31,363 bases of DNA, taken from a virus (lineage: Duplodnaviria; Caudoviricetes). Of this stretch, positions 6,587 to 14,791 are shown in pieces; the stretch's first letter is position 1, and each line of letters opens with the position of its first letter. Both the position numbers and the translations under genes were made by a program. Below the pieces are notes generated by a model. That model searched no databases and had not been told where the DNA came from. It saw nothing but the letters and a program-made list of their open reading frames with translations. The DNA is taken from positions 1-31,363 of IMG/VR virus record IMGVR_UViG_3300029825_000035, one strand, 5' to 3'.

Positions 6587-6909
6587 TAAATCAGCTCCAG
6601 TGCTACTTTTAACGCTCTGTGTACTCCCATCATTGCGTTAGCCCCATAATGACCAGCCACTTTCAATACGTCTTTCTGCGAAACAGTAAAAATTTGTTCA
6701 CACAATGTAGTCGAACGATAGCCCACTCTCCAATGAGTCGGTAAACTTTTTTTATTTGCAGAAGTCAATGGAACCACCATGCAAATCTCAGAATGTTCAT
6801 TGCCCGTATCGTTTGAAACTACCAAATAAGGCCGATCCCCGCCTTGAATGTGTTTTGATTTTTGAAAAGGAACTTTCAAATAAACTACATCACCCCTCAT
6901 TACTTTCAA
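6586..6909 (-). CDS. PemK/MazF-family endoribonuclease-like protein
   Basis: RGDVVY, QGGDRPYLVVSND.GN, VVPLTS, LCEQIFTV. Confidence 0.88.
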   Translation of the reverse strand: MKVMRGDVVYLKVPFQKSKHIQGGDRPYLVVSNDTGNEHSEICMVVPLTSANKKSLPTHWRVGYRSTTLCEQIFTVSQKDVLKVAGHYGANAMMGVHRALKVALELI

Positions 6910-7202
6910 TCCAATACACCTTCTTTCTCTCTATTCTTTGTTCTGGTTTTCATAGTCCTTTGAAATGCGTCAGAAGTATGCTTGTTTTTGACTGCCCTAA
7001 TGAATGAATGTTTTTCGTCAAAAGAAGCGCACCATGTATCACGGTCTTTCGCTGCTATGGCATTTAACGCATCATGCTCCCTTCTCTTATTTATGTAGAT
7101 TTCGCAGTCAGAATGGCAGCCAACGTGCCTATTCTCACACCCTTCACAGTCGTACTTTATGCTAGATGAATTTACAAACCCAAAATTTTTCCATCTCATC
7201 AA
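6906..7202 (-). CDS. hypothetical Cys/His-rich phage protein
   Basis: CEGCENRHVGCHSDCEIY motif; ATGA overlaps on both sides. Confidence 0.75.
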   Translation of the reverse strand: MMRWKNFGFVNSSSIKYDCEGCENRHVGCHSDCEIYINKRREHDALNAIAAKDRDTWCASFDEKHSFIRAVKNKHTSDAFQRTMKTRTKNREKEGVLD

Positions 7203-8902
7203 ATCACCCCGAACCCTTTCAAACGTTTGTTCGCTTCTTCAACATACCATTGCTTGTCTAATTTTGCTGGAACCTTTTCCCCATTCACAACTCCATTCCA
7301 GAGAAAACAGTGTTCAGGTGTACCTTCCACCTTTGCGGGGCGTTTTGTTTTTGCGTGGAACTTAATTAAACCGCCGTCAGCGCTGTTTTTAGATGCAAAG
7401 CATCTAACACACTGTTCATTTAGAATGCTCCCGCCATGCTCAATTCTGCTATACTTCATGCCTATTTTTTTCACCATCTGGAACTCTTTCAAATCATCAC
7501 AACCAAAAATGGTTGATTCTACTGGAGTACCATGCAGCATATATTCTACAAGTGCCTTTTGCACAATTGCCATATCATAGTCCAAATCAGATTTCTTTTT
7601 TAAGTACGCTCCCTTGCATTTCATGTCCCCTGTTTCCCGATCCACAATCAAATAATTGTTTACGTCTTTCTGGTAAATCTCCCCAAAGAATTGGTCAATG
7701 TCCATTTTCATCCCAGTCCTGCATTCCCAGTCATAGACAATGTCATCCACTCTGTCAAAATCCTCATAGTCTCGCAGCTTAATTATAACGCCATCTGTGT
7801 TATTGTTTACTAGGGTGCAATATGGTTCCAAATGCTCTATCAAATCCAATAACAAGAGCTGCCCATTTATGCAGATTGAATTGTTCCCCATGGGGTCATA
7901 TAAGGCAGAAGTCTTCTGTTTCATCTGCCCAGAAATAGCATTGTCCATGATCTTAAACGGTTGTCTGGCTTTTTTGTCCCCAGAACGTTTGAATTTTATA
8001 TTGCTGTTATGAATGAACTCAAAATTTTCAGGGTTGTTCATCACCCGATAACCAAAATGAAATTTTTCTTGCAAGCTAGGATAATATGCCGTAACGTCAA
8101 CAATTAAAAATATTCCTTTTTCGTGATATTTTGGAATTGCTCCATGACCACCACCCCAAGCGAATGTATGGGGAACCCCGCAGACAGTGGCGCTTTGATG
8201 CTTGGAATAGTCGTGATTCTCAGGTCTGGTGTACCAGTCTGCGATGTGACGGTATTTTTTCAGCTCAATGCATGGTAGAATTTCAAACCCAAATTCATCA
8301 TCAAATGAAGCGCCCTTATAATTCCCGCCTAAAATCTTTGCTGCAAGTTGTGGCTTTGTCTTGGAAATGTCGGAAATTGGAAGGTCAAAGTGATTGATGA
8401 AATACATAACCGTGTTAAATTCTTCCAGACGTTTGACGAACACGTTCATGCACTCTTCAACGTCATTGCGACAATAGCCAATAGTACGTCTTATTTCATC
8501 CTGAGTCAGCTTTCTATCAATGTCGAATGGAACGTCACTCTCACGAATATCGCAGCCCATGAAGCCTTCAAATACTTTTAAACCACGGTCTATGCGCTGC
8601 ATAATATCAAACGTATAGAGCTTGAATTTTCTAAATAAGTCGGAAAACTGCCAGCCAGGTTTCCCATCTATGATGATAAAATCATTTATTTTCTTTGGGT
8701 TGAATCCGCACAGAATCCCTTTGAAAATGTATTGGTCATAGTGATTGACGTTGAACCCAGACCAAATATCTTCACAATGAATTGAATAATATTTTTCAAG
8801 TTTATCTTTGTCGTTTACAATCACAGTCTCTTTTCTTGCGCTTGCGTCAATTGCAACCAGAAACCAATCATATTTGTAAACTTCCATATCAAAGAAAATC
8901 AT
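7199..8902 (-). CDS. family B DNA polymerase with N-terminal 3'-5' exonuclease
   Basis: ExoI FDME, ExoII GFN..HYD, ExoIII YC.ND; motif A DVTAYYPS, motif B KIMDNAISG, motif C NTDG, KDVNNY, K.KG. Confidence 0.88.
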   Translation of the reverse strand: MIFFDMEVYKYDWFLVAIDASARKETVIVNDKDKLEKYYSIHCEDIWSGFNVNHYDQYIFKGILCGFNPKKINDFIIIDGKPGWQFSDLFRKFKLYTFDIMQRIDRGLKVFEGFMGCDIRESDVPFDIDRKLTQDEIRRTIGYCRNDVEECMNVFVKRLEEFNTVMYFINHFDLPISDISKTKPQLAAKILGGNYKGASFDDEFGFEILPCIELKKYRHIADWYTRPENHDYSKHQSATVCGVPHTFAWGGGHGAIPKYHEKGIFLIVDVTAYYPSLQEKFHFGYRVMNNPENFEFIHNSNIKFKRSGDKKARQPFKIMDNAISGQMKQKTSALYDPMGNNSICINGQLLLLDLIEHLEPYCTLVNNNTDGVIIKLRDYEDFDRVDDIVYDWECRTGMKMDIDQFFGEIYQKDVNNYLIVDRETGDMKCKGAYLKKKSDLDYDMAIVQKALVEYMLHGTPVESTIFGCDDLKEFQMVKKIGMKYSRIEHGGSILNEQCVRCFASKNSADGGLIKFHAKTKRPAKVEGTPEHCFLWNGVVNGEKVPAKLDKQWYVEEANKRLKGFGVI

Positions 8903-8957
8903 ATGTTACCCCATTCATGGGGGATTGCGAGTCCCCCATGGTGGAATTTAAGTAGTT

Positions 8958-9446
8958 TTAGGTTTCGAATACGTCCACGATCTTAATCGTGTCGAACCGG
9001 TCTTTGTCGTAGTCAATTGAATATTCCAGCTTTTCACATTCTTCGGCAGCGTCCATGACATCATCCGCAAACGTTTTGTAGCTTTCAAAGACAATGGGGG
9101 AACCCAGTCCAAGCTTGTCCAAGAATGTTTCAACCGACTTGATCATGGAACCGTCATTTTTCGTGCCGAACATGACGCGGTTCATGAAAACGCATGGTTT
9201 TTTCTTTTTGTACTTGGAGAGGAATTTTTCTTCGGCAGTCCCGCAGCCCTCAATGAGACGCATTTGCAGTTTGAACATGGGTCTTTGATCCTTCTTTGTA
9301 ACCCCAAGTTCCATGTTTTCGATTTTTGCGATATAGCAGCCCTTCGGAATATCCTCAAACCCGCCGTTTTCCGCAGCTTCCTTTTTCTGTCGTTCAATTT
9401 CCTTCATGTCCACTTTGGAGTCAAATTCTTTCCAGTCAATAGCCAT
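8958..9446 (-). CDS. DUF669-like single-stranded DNA-binding protein
   Basis: FEDIPKGCYIAKI..MELG..K...PM signature; located downstream of the Sak4-like ATPase. Confidence 0.75.
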   Translation of the reverse strand: MAIDWKEFDSKVDMKEIERQKKEAAENGGFEDIPKGCYIAKIENMELGVTKKDQRPMFKLQMRLIEGCGTAEEKFLSKYKKKKPCVFMNRVMFGTKNDGSMIKSVETFLDKLGLGSPIVFESYKTFADDVMDAAEECEKLEYSIDYDKDRFDTIKIVDVFET

Positions 9447-9461
9447 ATTTTAAACTTCCTT

Positions 9462-9521
9462 TCATTTCCAAATCAGTATACATAACAGTATGATTATTAC
9501 AATTCCTTGACCGTAGCTCAT
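9462..9521 (-). CDS. 19-aa hydrophobic micropeptide (not in ORF track)
   Basis: MSYGQGIVIIILLCILIWK*; ATGA overlap with the upstream stop. Confidence 0.4.
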   Translation of the reverse strand: MSYGQGIVIIILLCILIWK

Positions 9522-9940
9522 TCCAACTCACCGTCTGGAGAACTGTTCACAGGCCAACCTCCGTCCTGCTTTTCGTCTTCGAACTCAACGCCAAATTCAA
9601 CATTTGTGACTTTGGTTCCGTCTGCAAGCTCCTGTTTTCCGCAAGCGTTATATTCCGCTGCTTCTTCCTCAGTCGGCTCATAGGATTCATCAACTTTCAT
9701 ATCCAAATCCGCAGCAAGCTTGTCAAATCCCATGTTAACAACCGCATCGGTGAATATGCTCGCCAGTTTAGCATCTGATAGAACAAGCCCCATGAGAGAC
9801 AACTTCACAACATTGTCAACGGACGGTTGATCTTCCTTGCCCAAGCCATCCTTTCTAGCCATTGCATGAGCAACATTCAGCGTATTCTGGAGACGGTCAA
9901 TAGCTCCCTTTTTTTTCAGTGCTGCAATTATTCTTTCCAT
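9518..9940 (-). CDS. hypothetical protein
   Basis: 140-aa ORF with RBS, acidic C-terminus. Confidence 0.7.
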   Translation of the reverse strand: MERIIAALKKKGAIDRLQNTLNVAHAMARKDGLGKEDQPSVDNVVKLSLMGLVLSDAKLASIFTDAVVNMGFDKLAADLDMKVDESYEPTEEEAAEYNACGKQELADGTKVTNVEFGVEFEDEKQDGGWPVNSSPDGELE

Positions 9941-9943
9941 AAT

Positions 9944-10804
9944 TTACCTTTCCTTTCTAACTCTGCGCGTCCGCTTTGGTGCTTCCTCTGCTTCCTTTTC
10001 TTCCTCAGTATCTTCACCCATGGTGAACGGCAAATCGTCTTCTGAATCGTCTGGTGCTGTCTCAGTGGGCTTTTTATCAGTTCTGCTATGCCGTTGCTTT
10101 TTCACACGTCCACCGGAACCCTTCTCAATGTCTTCGGCAGCAGCTTTTTTGTCTTCCTCAGCCATTTCATCATCCGTCTTTGCGCCGTCCATATAGTAGT
10201 AGTTACGGATTTTGTCATCAATGTAAGACAGGTCATTTTCGACTGCGTAAGACGGAAACATTCCAAGAGGGCTTTTAACCGTGTCTTTTCCGCTGTTCTG
10301 AGTCAAGAAGTAGTATTTCCCATCAACCACTTGAGTCCGCAGAACGATAGTAAATAAGCCCTCAATGGTGATTTTCTCCCTCAGCATCTTCCCAATCAGT
10401 TTGACCGTAGTTGTGCCATTGTCCAATGTCTCGCAGTGGGAGAGAAAATAGACCGTCATATCGTCTGGCAAGTCAGCGCAAGCATCAATGATCTGGAAAT
10501 AGTTACTTCCAAAATCGTTCCACTTGTCCCATCCTGCTTCCTTGATTCTGTTCATGTAAGGGATCGAAAGAATGTATTGAAAATCATCAATGACAATCAT
10601 TCTCTTTCCAGCTCTCGCTTGATCTCGCATGAATGAAATGATTTTTCGTGCGTCCACTTCGCCATTCAGCATTTCAAACTGTCCACGGAACGGAAGTGGT
10701 TTGTTGACCGGATTGACAATTGCTGTCAATTTTGGGTCACAGTTGCGAATGCTTGTGCTTTTCCCGGTTCCAGACTCCCCGATAATCAGAACTTTTTCAG
10801 CCAT
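9944..10804 (-). CDS. AAA-family ATPase, Sak4-like ssDNA annealing protein
   Basis: IIGESGTGKSTS Walker A, IVIDDFQY Walker B, IEGLFTIVL, KSPLGMF; context with SSB and Gp157. Confidence 0.85.
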   Translation of the reverse strand: MAEKVLIIGESGTGKSTSIRNCDPKLTAIVNPVNKPLPFRGQFEMLNGEVDARKIISFMRDQARAGKRMIVIDDFQYILSIPYMNRIKEAGWDKWNDFGSNYFQIIDACADLPDDMTVYFLSHCETLDNGTTTVKLIGKMLREKITIEGLFTIVLRTQVVDGKYYFLTQNSGKDTVKSPLGMFPSYAVENDLSYIDDKIRNYYYMDGAKTDDEMAEEDKKAAAEDIEKGSGGRVKKQRHSRTDKKPTETAPDDSEDDLPFTMGEDTEEEKEAEEAPKRTRRVRKER

Positions 10805-10998
10805 TGCTTCCCTCCATTGTCCTCCATAATTTTGTGTAACTCAGATTTTTCAATCTTGTGGCATGATTCATGGTCAACGTTCCACTCACGAATCATATTA
10901 TAAAGATACTTCATATCATCATAATAGACCAATTCTACATCCAAATGTGCAACCATGTCACCATTTTCCAAGACTTCGACTCCACATTTATTTTGCAT
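10786..10998 (-). CDS. hypothetical protein
   Basis: 70-aa ORF in operon, TAATG coupling. Confidence 0.6.
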   Translation of the reverse strand: MQNKCGVEVLENGDMVAHLDVELVYYDDMKYLYNMIREWNVDHESCHKIEKSELHKIMEDNGGKQWLKKF

Positions 10999-11108
10999 TA
11001 TTCGTTCTCACTTTCTTGCAGCTCGTGTTTGATTCTTTTGTCTTTTTCCTGCTCTTCCAGCATTTCCCGCACTTCGTCCATTCTTGCCTTTGTATATTCG
11101 TTTTCCAT
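10998..11108 (-). CDS. 36-aa hypothetical protein (not in ORF track)
   Basis: AGGGGG RBS; MENEYTKARMDEVREMLEEQEKDKRIKHELQESENE*; TAATG overlap. Confidence 0.55.
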   Translation of the reverse strand: MENEYTKARMDEVREMLEEQEKDKRIKHELQESENE

Positions 11109-11121
11109 TGTAAAATCCCCC

Positions 11122-11589
11122 TTATTTAATTTGAATGTTATTCTTCAAGACTAACTCACAACCCGGTACTTTTTCCCCTGATTTAAGAGCGATCTTGATT
11201 TCTCGCTTATCTGGTGTCTCTGTGATCGTTTCCGTCACATATTCGTCAGGCACAATGTCAAGGTTAGTGATATTTACAGACTCAGACTTTCTAAAACTAA
11301 CGGATACCCGCGTTGTATCAAATCTTTTGTTGCTGAGAGCCATTGTAAGCCACTGAGACAGGCTTTCAAGTTTCTTACTGGCCTGTTTAACCCTTTCTGC
11401 AAAAACGTCCCTTTCTGCCTTAAACGCTTCCACATCTGATTTTAGATTTTTAATCCATAGCGCAACGCCCTCAATTTTTACTTCTCTTGCAATTTGTAAT
11501 TCAGTGAGCTTGTCCAAGTCCAGAATTTCACCAGTTTCTTCATCAATGCAGCTTAAAATTTCGCTGTCAATTTCGTAGAGGCTTGCCAT
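11122..11589 (-). CDS. Siphovirus Gp157-family protein
   Basis: SLYEI....DEETGE, KIE..A..IKNL, SFRKSESV, PDK..IK.ALK.G..VPG.EL...NIQIK. Confidence 0.9.
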   Translation of the reverse strand: MASLYEIDSEILSCIDEETGEILDLDKLTELQIAREVKIEGVALWIKNLKSDVEAFKAERDVFAERVKQASKKLESLSQWLTMALSNKRFDTTRVSVSFRKSESVNITNLDIVPDEYVTETITETPDKREIKIALKSGEKVPGCELVLKNNIQIK

Positions 11590-11828
11590 TTGTTATCTCC
11601 CTTCTTTTCCCATTTACTTTCTTGCTCAACGTGAACTTTCCCCATCACAAAATCAATGAATTCCTTTTCCAAGTCAACCCCTTGTATGTGCCTAAACAAG
11701 TTTTCCTCTTTCTCCCATTTCTCCATGTATTCTTCACACAAAGGAACATCTTCACAATCATATGGCGGAAGTTCTGAAACGTCCATAATCGCTTCATACG
11801 TCCTCTGGAACAATTCCAGCTTGTCCAT
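11553..11828 (-). CDS. hypothetical protein
   Basis: 91-aa acidic ORF with GGAG RBS. Confidence 0.65.
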   Translation of the reverse strand: MDKLELFQRTYEAIMDVSELPPYDCEDVPLCEEYMEKWEKEENLFRHIQGVDLEKEFIDFVMGKVHVEQESKWEKKGDNKWQASTKLTAKF

Positions 11829-12009
11829 CTGTCTCCACCTTTCTCAGTTCCGCTTCGTATTCCTCAAGCACCCCAAGTTCTCTTGCTTTTTCTCTGAGCC
11901 ATGCAAAATAAAATTCGTCCAGACCATTGTCAACAATCACTTCTGCAAGCTTTGGGTCATCTGTTTCAAAGAAGTTTTCAAACAATCTTTTTACAAAGCC
12001 TAGTTCCAT
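11794..12009 (-). CDS. hypothetical protein
   Basis: 71-aa ORF; GAGG RBS; TAATG coupling to the FNT gene. Confidence 0.65.
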   Translation of the reverse strand: MELGFVKRLFENFFETDDPKLAEVIVDNGLDEFYFAWLREKARELGVLEEYEAELRKVETDGQAGIVPEDV

Positions 12010-12806
12010 TATTTCCTCACTTTCTTTGCAATGGCGTTGTAAGGAATTTCAACGAACACTATTGCCCCAATCGTATTCCCTATGGTAACCAATAGCAAGT
12101 TCCACAAATAGCCTGTTAGCGTGATTTTAAACCCGCATGGGTTAAGCAGCGCCACCCCAATAATGCTCATATTGGCAACCGAATGCTCAAACCCGCAAAT
12201 CATGAAAATCAGAATGCACCAGAAAACCATGATCAGTTTCGCAGCTTCATTTTGCAATCTCACACTGCACCAGACCGCAAGGCATACGCAAATGTTACAC
12301 AAAATTCCTCTGGTAATAAGTTGCAATGCAGATAAGTGAATTTTCACGTTTGCAGCATTCGCAAAATACTGAGCAATTGGAATATTTTGGGTTATGCCAG
12401 TTCCTTGAAAAATAAGTACCAGAATCCATGAGCCAATCAAATTTCCGATCCAGCATAGAGCCAACATTGCAAACGTGCTTTCGATCCTCATGTATGATTT
12501 TGGAACGTACTCGCGTTTCGACTTGAAATAGAACGAAAGTACCATTGCATTTCCGGTGAACAATTCGCACCCTGCACCTATGACCAGACTGAGCGCAGCA
12601 GCAAACACAAAGGAAACTAGGAATTTAGCATTTGTGGAACCGGCAGCAGTAGCAAGACCACCAATTGACATTGACGCAAAGCTTCCAAGTGAAATAAACA
12701 TACCTGCAAGCATGGAAGAAATGAGATAACCGAATCTATTCTGATAGAACAAAATTCTTTTGCGCTCTCCAGACAGGCACACGGCTATGCAATCTTCTTT
12801 AAACAT
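12009..12806 (-). CDS. formate/nitrite transporter (FNT) family channel
   Basis: SMLAGMFISLG, G.ELFTGN, WIGNLIG, RGILCNICVCLAVW, F.ICGFEHSVANM, NLLLVTIGNTIG; about six TM helices; start ATG 12806 or TTG 12815. Confidence 0.95.
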   Translation of the reverse strand: MFKEDCIAVCLSGERKRILFYQNRFGYLISSMLAGMFISLGSFASMSIGGLATAAGSTNAKFLVSFVFAAALSLVIGAGCELFTGNAMVLSFYFKSKREYVPKSYMRIESTFAMLALCWIGNLIGSWILVLIFQGTGITQNIPIAQYFANAANVKIHLSALQLITRGILCNICVCLAVWCSVRLQNEAAKLIMVFWCILIFMICGFEHSVANMSIIGVALLNPCGFKITLTGYLWNLLLVTIGNTIGAIVFVEIPYNAIAKKVRK

Positions 12807-12834
12807 TGCCGCCAACCTTTTTGTAAGTTAACAT

Positions 12835-13623
12835 TCAATCATCCTCCCCATATTCTCTTTCGTATTCTCCTTTCTCGCATTTTGATTTTCTGTTCACCAT
12901 ACATTCATCTGTATGCGTAATTTTTTCTTCTCCTATCCGTTTTTCTGCAATATCGAAATATTTCCGATCTAATTCCATCCCGATAAATTTTCGACCAGTA
13001 TTTACGCAAGCCACTCCGGTAGAGCCAGAACCCATACAGTTGTCTAACACAATTTCATTTTCTAATGTGTAAGTTTTAATTAAATATTCTAAAAGCGCAA
13101 CTGGTTTTTGTGTCGGATGAACTTTATTCCCATCTTTAGGAAAAGATATAATGGTTAATGGATTTCTTTCGCCGTGTTTCGATTCGCTATATGCTGTCCT
13201 TCTATCACCGTAATTATCTGACAAAGTACCATTCTTGGTTCGTTTGTATGCTGTTGAATACCAAAACTGTTTATTATATATCGGTTTCTTTTTATAAAAA
13301 ATTGCAATATCTTCGTGTGATTTCAACGGTTTTACATTTGCATTTAAAAAATCGCACCCTCTTTGTTTATCCCAAACTAAGTTATAGCGCCACATTTTTT
13401 TGTTTGACTGAAGTAAATTAGAAGTGAACATCCCATCGCAAAATAAAGCAATAGCGCCATTGTCTTTAATTACTCTATTATATTGTTCCCACAACTTATC
13501 AAACGGGATTATTGTATCCCATTTATTTTGAGTCATTCCGTAAGGCAGATCACAAAGGATCATATCAACAGATCCATCTGGAATATCTTTCATCAGCTCA
13601 AGGCAATCTCCATGTAACAACAT
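12835..13623 (-). CDS. site-specific DNA methyltransferase (N6-adenine/N4-cytosine, beta class)
   Basis: GDCLELM, DLPYG catalytic motif, HPTQKP, VLDNCMGSGSTG SAM-binding motif, FIGMELD. Confidence 0.95.
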   Translation of the reverse strand: MLLHGDCLELMKDIPDGSVDMILCDLPYGMTQNKWDTIIPFDKLWEQYNRVIKDNGAIALFCDGMFTSNLLQSNKKMWRYNLVWDKQRGCDFLNANVKPLKSHEDIAIFYKKKPIYNKQFWYSTAYKRTKNGTLSDNYGDRRTAYSESKHGERNPLTIISFPKDGNKVHPTQKPVALLEYLIKTYTLENEIVLDNCMGSGSTGVACVNTGRKFIGMELDRKYFDIAEKRIGEEKITHTDECMVNRKSKCEKGEYEREYGEDD

Positions 13624-13666
13624 TTATTCCGTCCCCTCCTTTTTGAGCACCTCGCTCCAGTTCTTA

Positions 13667-13759
13667 TCAAACATATGCTTGATCAATCTTTTTCTTGCAG
13701 TTTGGAATTGTCAGTTTGAAACCTGTTCCACCAATGTCCAAGCATAAATAATTATCCAT
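13667..13759 (-). pseudogene. N-terminal stub of ROK-family/sugar kinase
   Basis: AGGAGG RBS; MDNYLCLDIGGTGFK matches the hhhDIGGT phosphate-1 motif, then stops after 30 aa. Confidence 0.55.
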
Positions 13760-13801
13760 TTAAATTCCTCCTATGTAGCGCAGTGTTTTACTGCGCTTTT
13801 A

Positions 13802-14179
13802 TTATGCGGTGTAGACCAGTTTTGCACCAACGTAGTCATATCGTGCCAGCACTTCAAAATCATGCTTTGAGTCGATCATCATATAACTGTGAACCGTTGT
13901 ACCAGCCTTTAGATGCTCCCCACGATAACTAATATAGCTTCCATCCTCAAGCCAACCGTCAGCACCGTTCTTGCCGACTGTGCCGGTGCATTCCCAAACG
14001 TAGATTGTATTTTTGTCAAGCTTGTAATCAGGGTTTCCATACTGCTCAGTGGTAATGGTGACCATTTTGGGAGGGGATTTCAGAGCCTTTTTGTTTACTG
14101 CAAACGCAAATGCGGTCAGAACGAATGCACAGACAAGCACAAGGGCGAATGCCAGGATAGTAGTACGAATGTTTTTCAT
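13802..14179 (-). CDS. hypothetical exported or membrane-anchored protein
   Basis: GGAGG RBS before ATG 14179; MKNIR plus hydrophobic stretch ending AFA; soluble beta-rich C-terminus. Confidence 0.75.
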   Translation of the reverse strand: MKNIRTTILAFALVLVCAFVLTAFAFAVNKKALKSPPKMVTITTEQYGNPDYKLDKNTIYVWECTGTVGKNGADGWLEDGSYISYRGEHLKAGTTVHSYMMIDSKHDFEVLARYDYVGAKLVYTA

Positions 14180-14195
14180 AAAATTACCTCCAAAT

Positions 14196-14354
14196 TTAAT
14201 AAGTGTGTCTCCCTGTGTCTTTGGGATTTTCTGAAACGTCCTCAACGGACATTTTCACCAGCTTTGAGAAAATACCCTGTTCCATGATTGTCTGGTTCAG
14301 TTTACTCACTTCCTCTCCGGTCAAATCTCTCAGAACGATAATTGCTTGCTTCAT
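14196..14354 (-). CDS. 52-aa hypothetical protein (not in ORF track)
   Basis: MKQAIIVLRDLTGEEVSKLNQTIMEQGIFSKLVKMSVEDVSENPKDTGRHTY*; fills the intergenic gap. Confidence 0.5.
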   Translation of the reverse strand: MKQAIIVLRDLTGEEVSKLNQTIMEQGIFSKLVKMSVEDVSENPKDTGRHTY

Positions 14355-14358
14355 TCTC

Positions 14359-14697
14359 TCACCACCCTTTCAGCCGTAAGTAGTTTGGATACGCAATGGA
14401 TTTTCTACCGCGCTTTATGTCGTTAACCCAAGTCTTGAATTCCTCAAATCCGTCAGGATAGAGCAACCAACCATAACCGCTCGCCTTTTCAATCTGAGAC
14501 AGGTTCCACAATTGCAGATCGGACGGTTTTCCCTTCGGCGCTTTTAATTCGATCCCTACAAACTCACCGTTGCAACATACCAGCAAATCCGGAACCCCCG
14601 AACGCTGCACTCCGTTTGACCATGTTTTCAGAGTCCAACAACCTTCTTCTTTCAGAAAGGTTTTCACCTGTCTTTCAAACACTTTTTCTTTTGCCAT
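14359..14697 (-). CDS. VRR-NUC domain nuclease (Holliday junction resolvase-like)
   Basis: EK.FE..V, GVPDLL.C..G.FVGIELKAPKGKPSDLQ PD-(D/E)xK motif. Confidence 0.92.
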   Translation of the reverse strand: MAKEKVFERQVKTFLKEEGCWTLKTWSNGVQRSGVPDLLVCCNGEFVGIELKAPKGKPSDLQLWNLSQIEKASGYGWLLYPDGFEEFKTWVNDIKRGRKSIAYPNYLRLKGW

Positions 14698-14743
14698 GTT
14701 TCCCTCGCTTTCTTATGTATGCACTGCCCTCTCAGCAGTGCTA

Positions 14744-14772
14744 ATTATATGCCATTTCAAATGGCTTTGCAA
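14744..14772 (-). promoter_or_regulatory. sigma-A promoter with palindromic operator in the spacer
   Basis: TTGCAA-17 bp-TATAAT; spacer contains GCCATTT-G-AAATGGC. Confidence 0.75.
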
Positions 14773-14791
14773 TTGACAGAATGCACAAAAG

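Noticed and set aside
12835-13623. Restriction-modification system
   Set aside because: No adjacent restriction endonuclease; orphan methyltransferases are common in such phages
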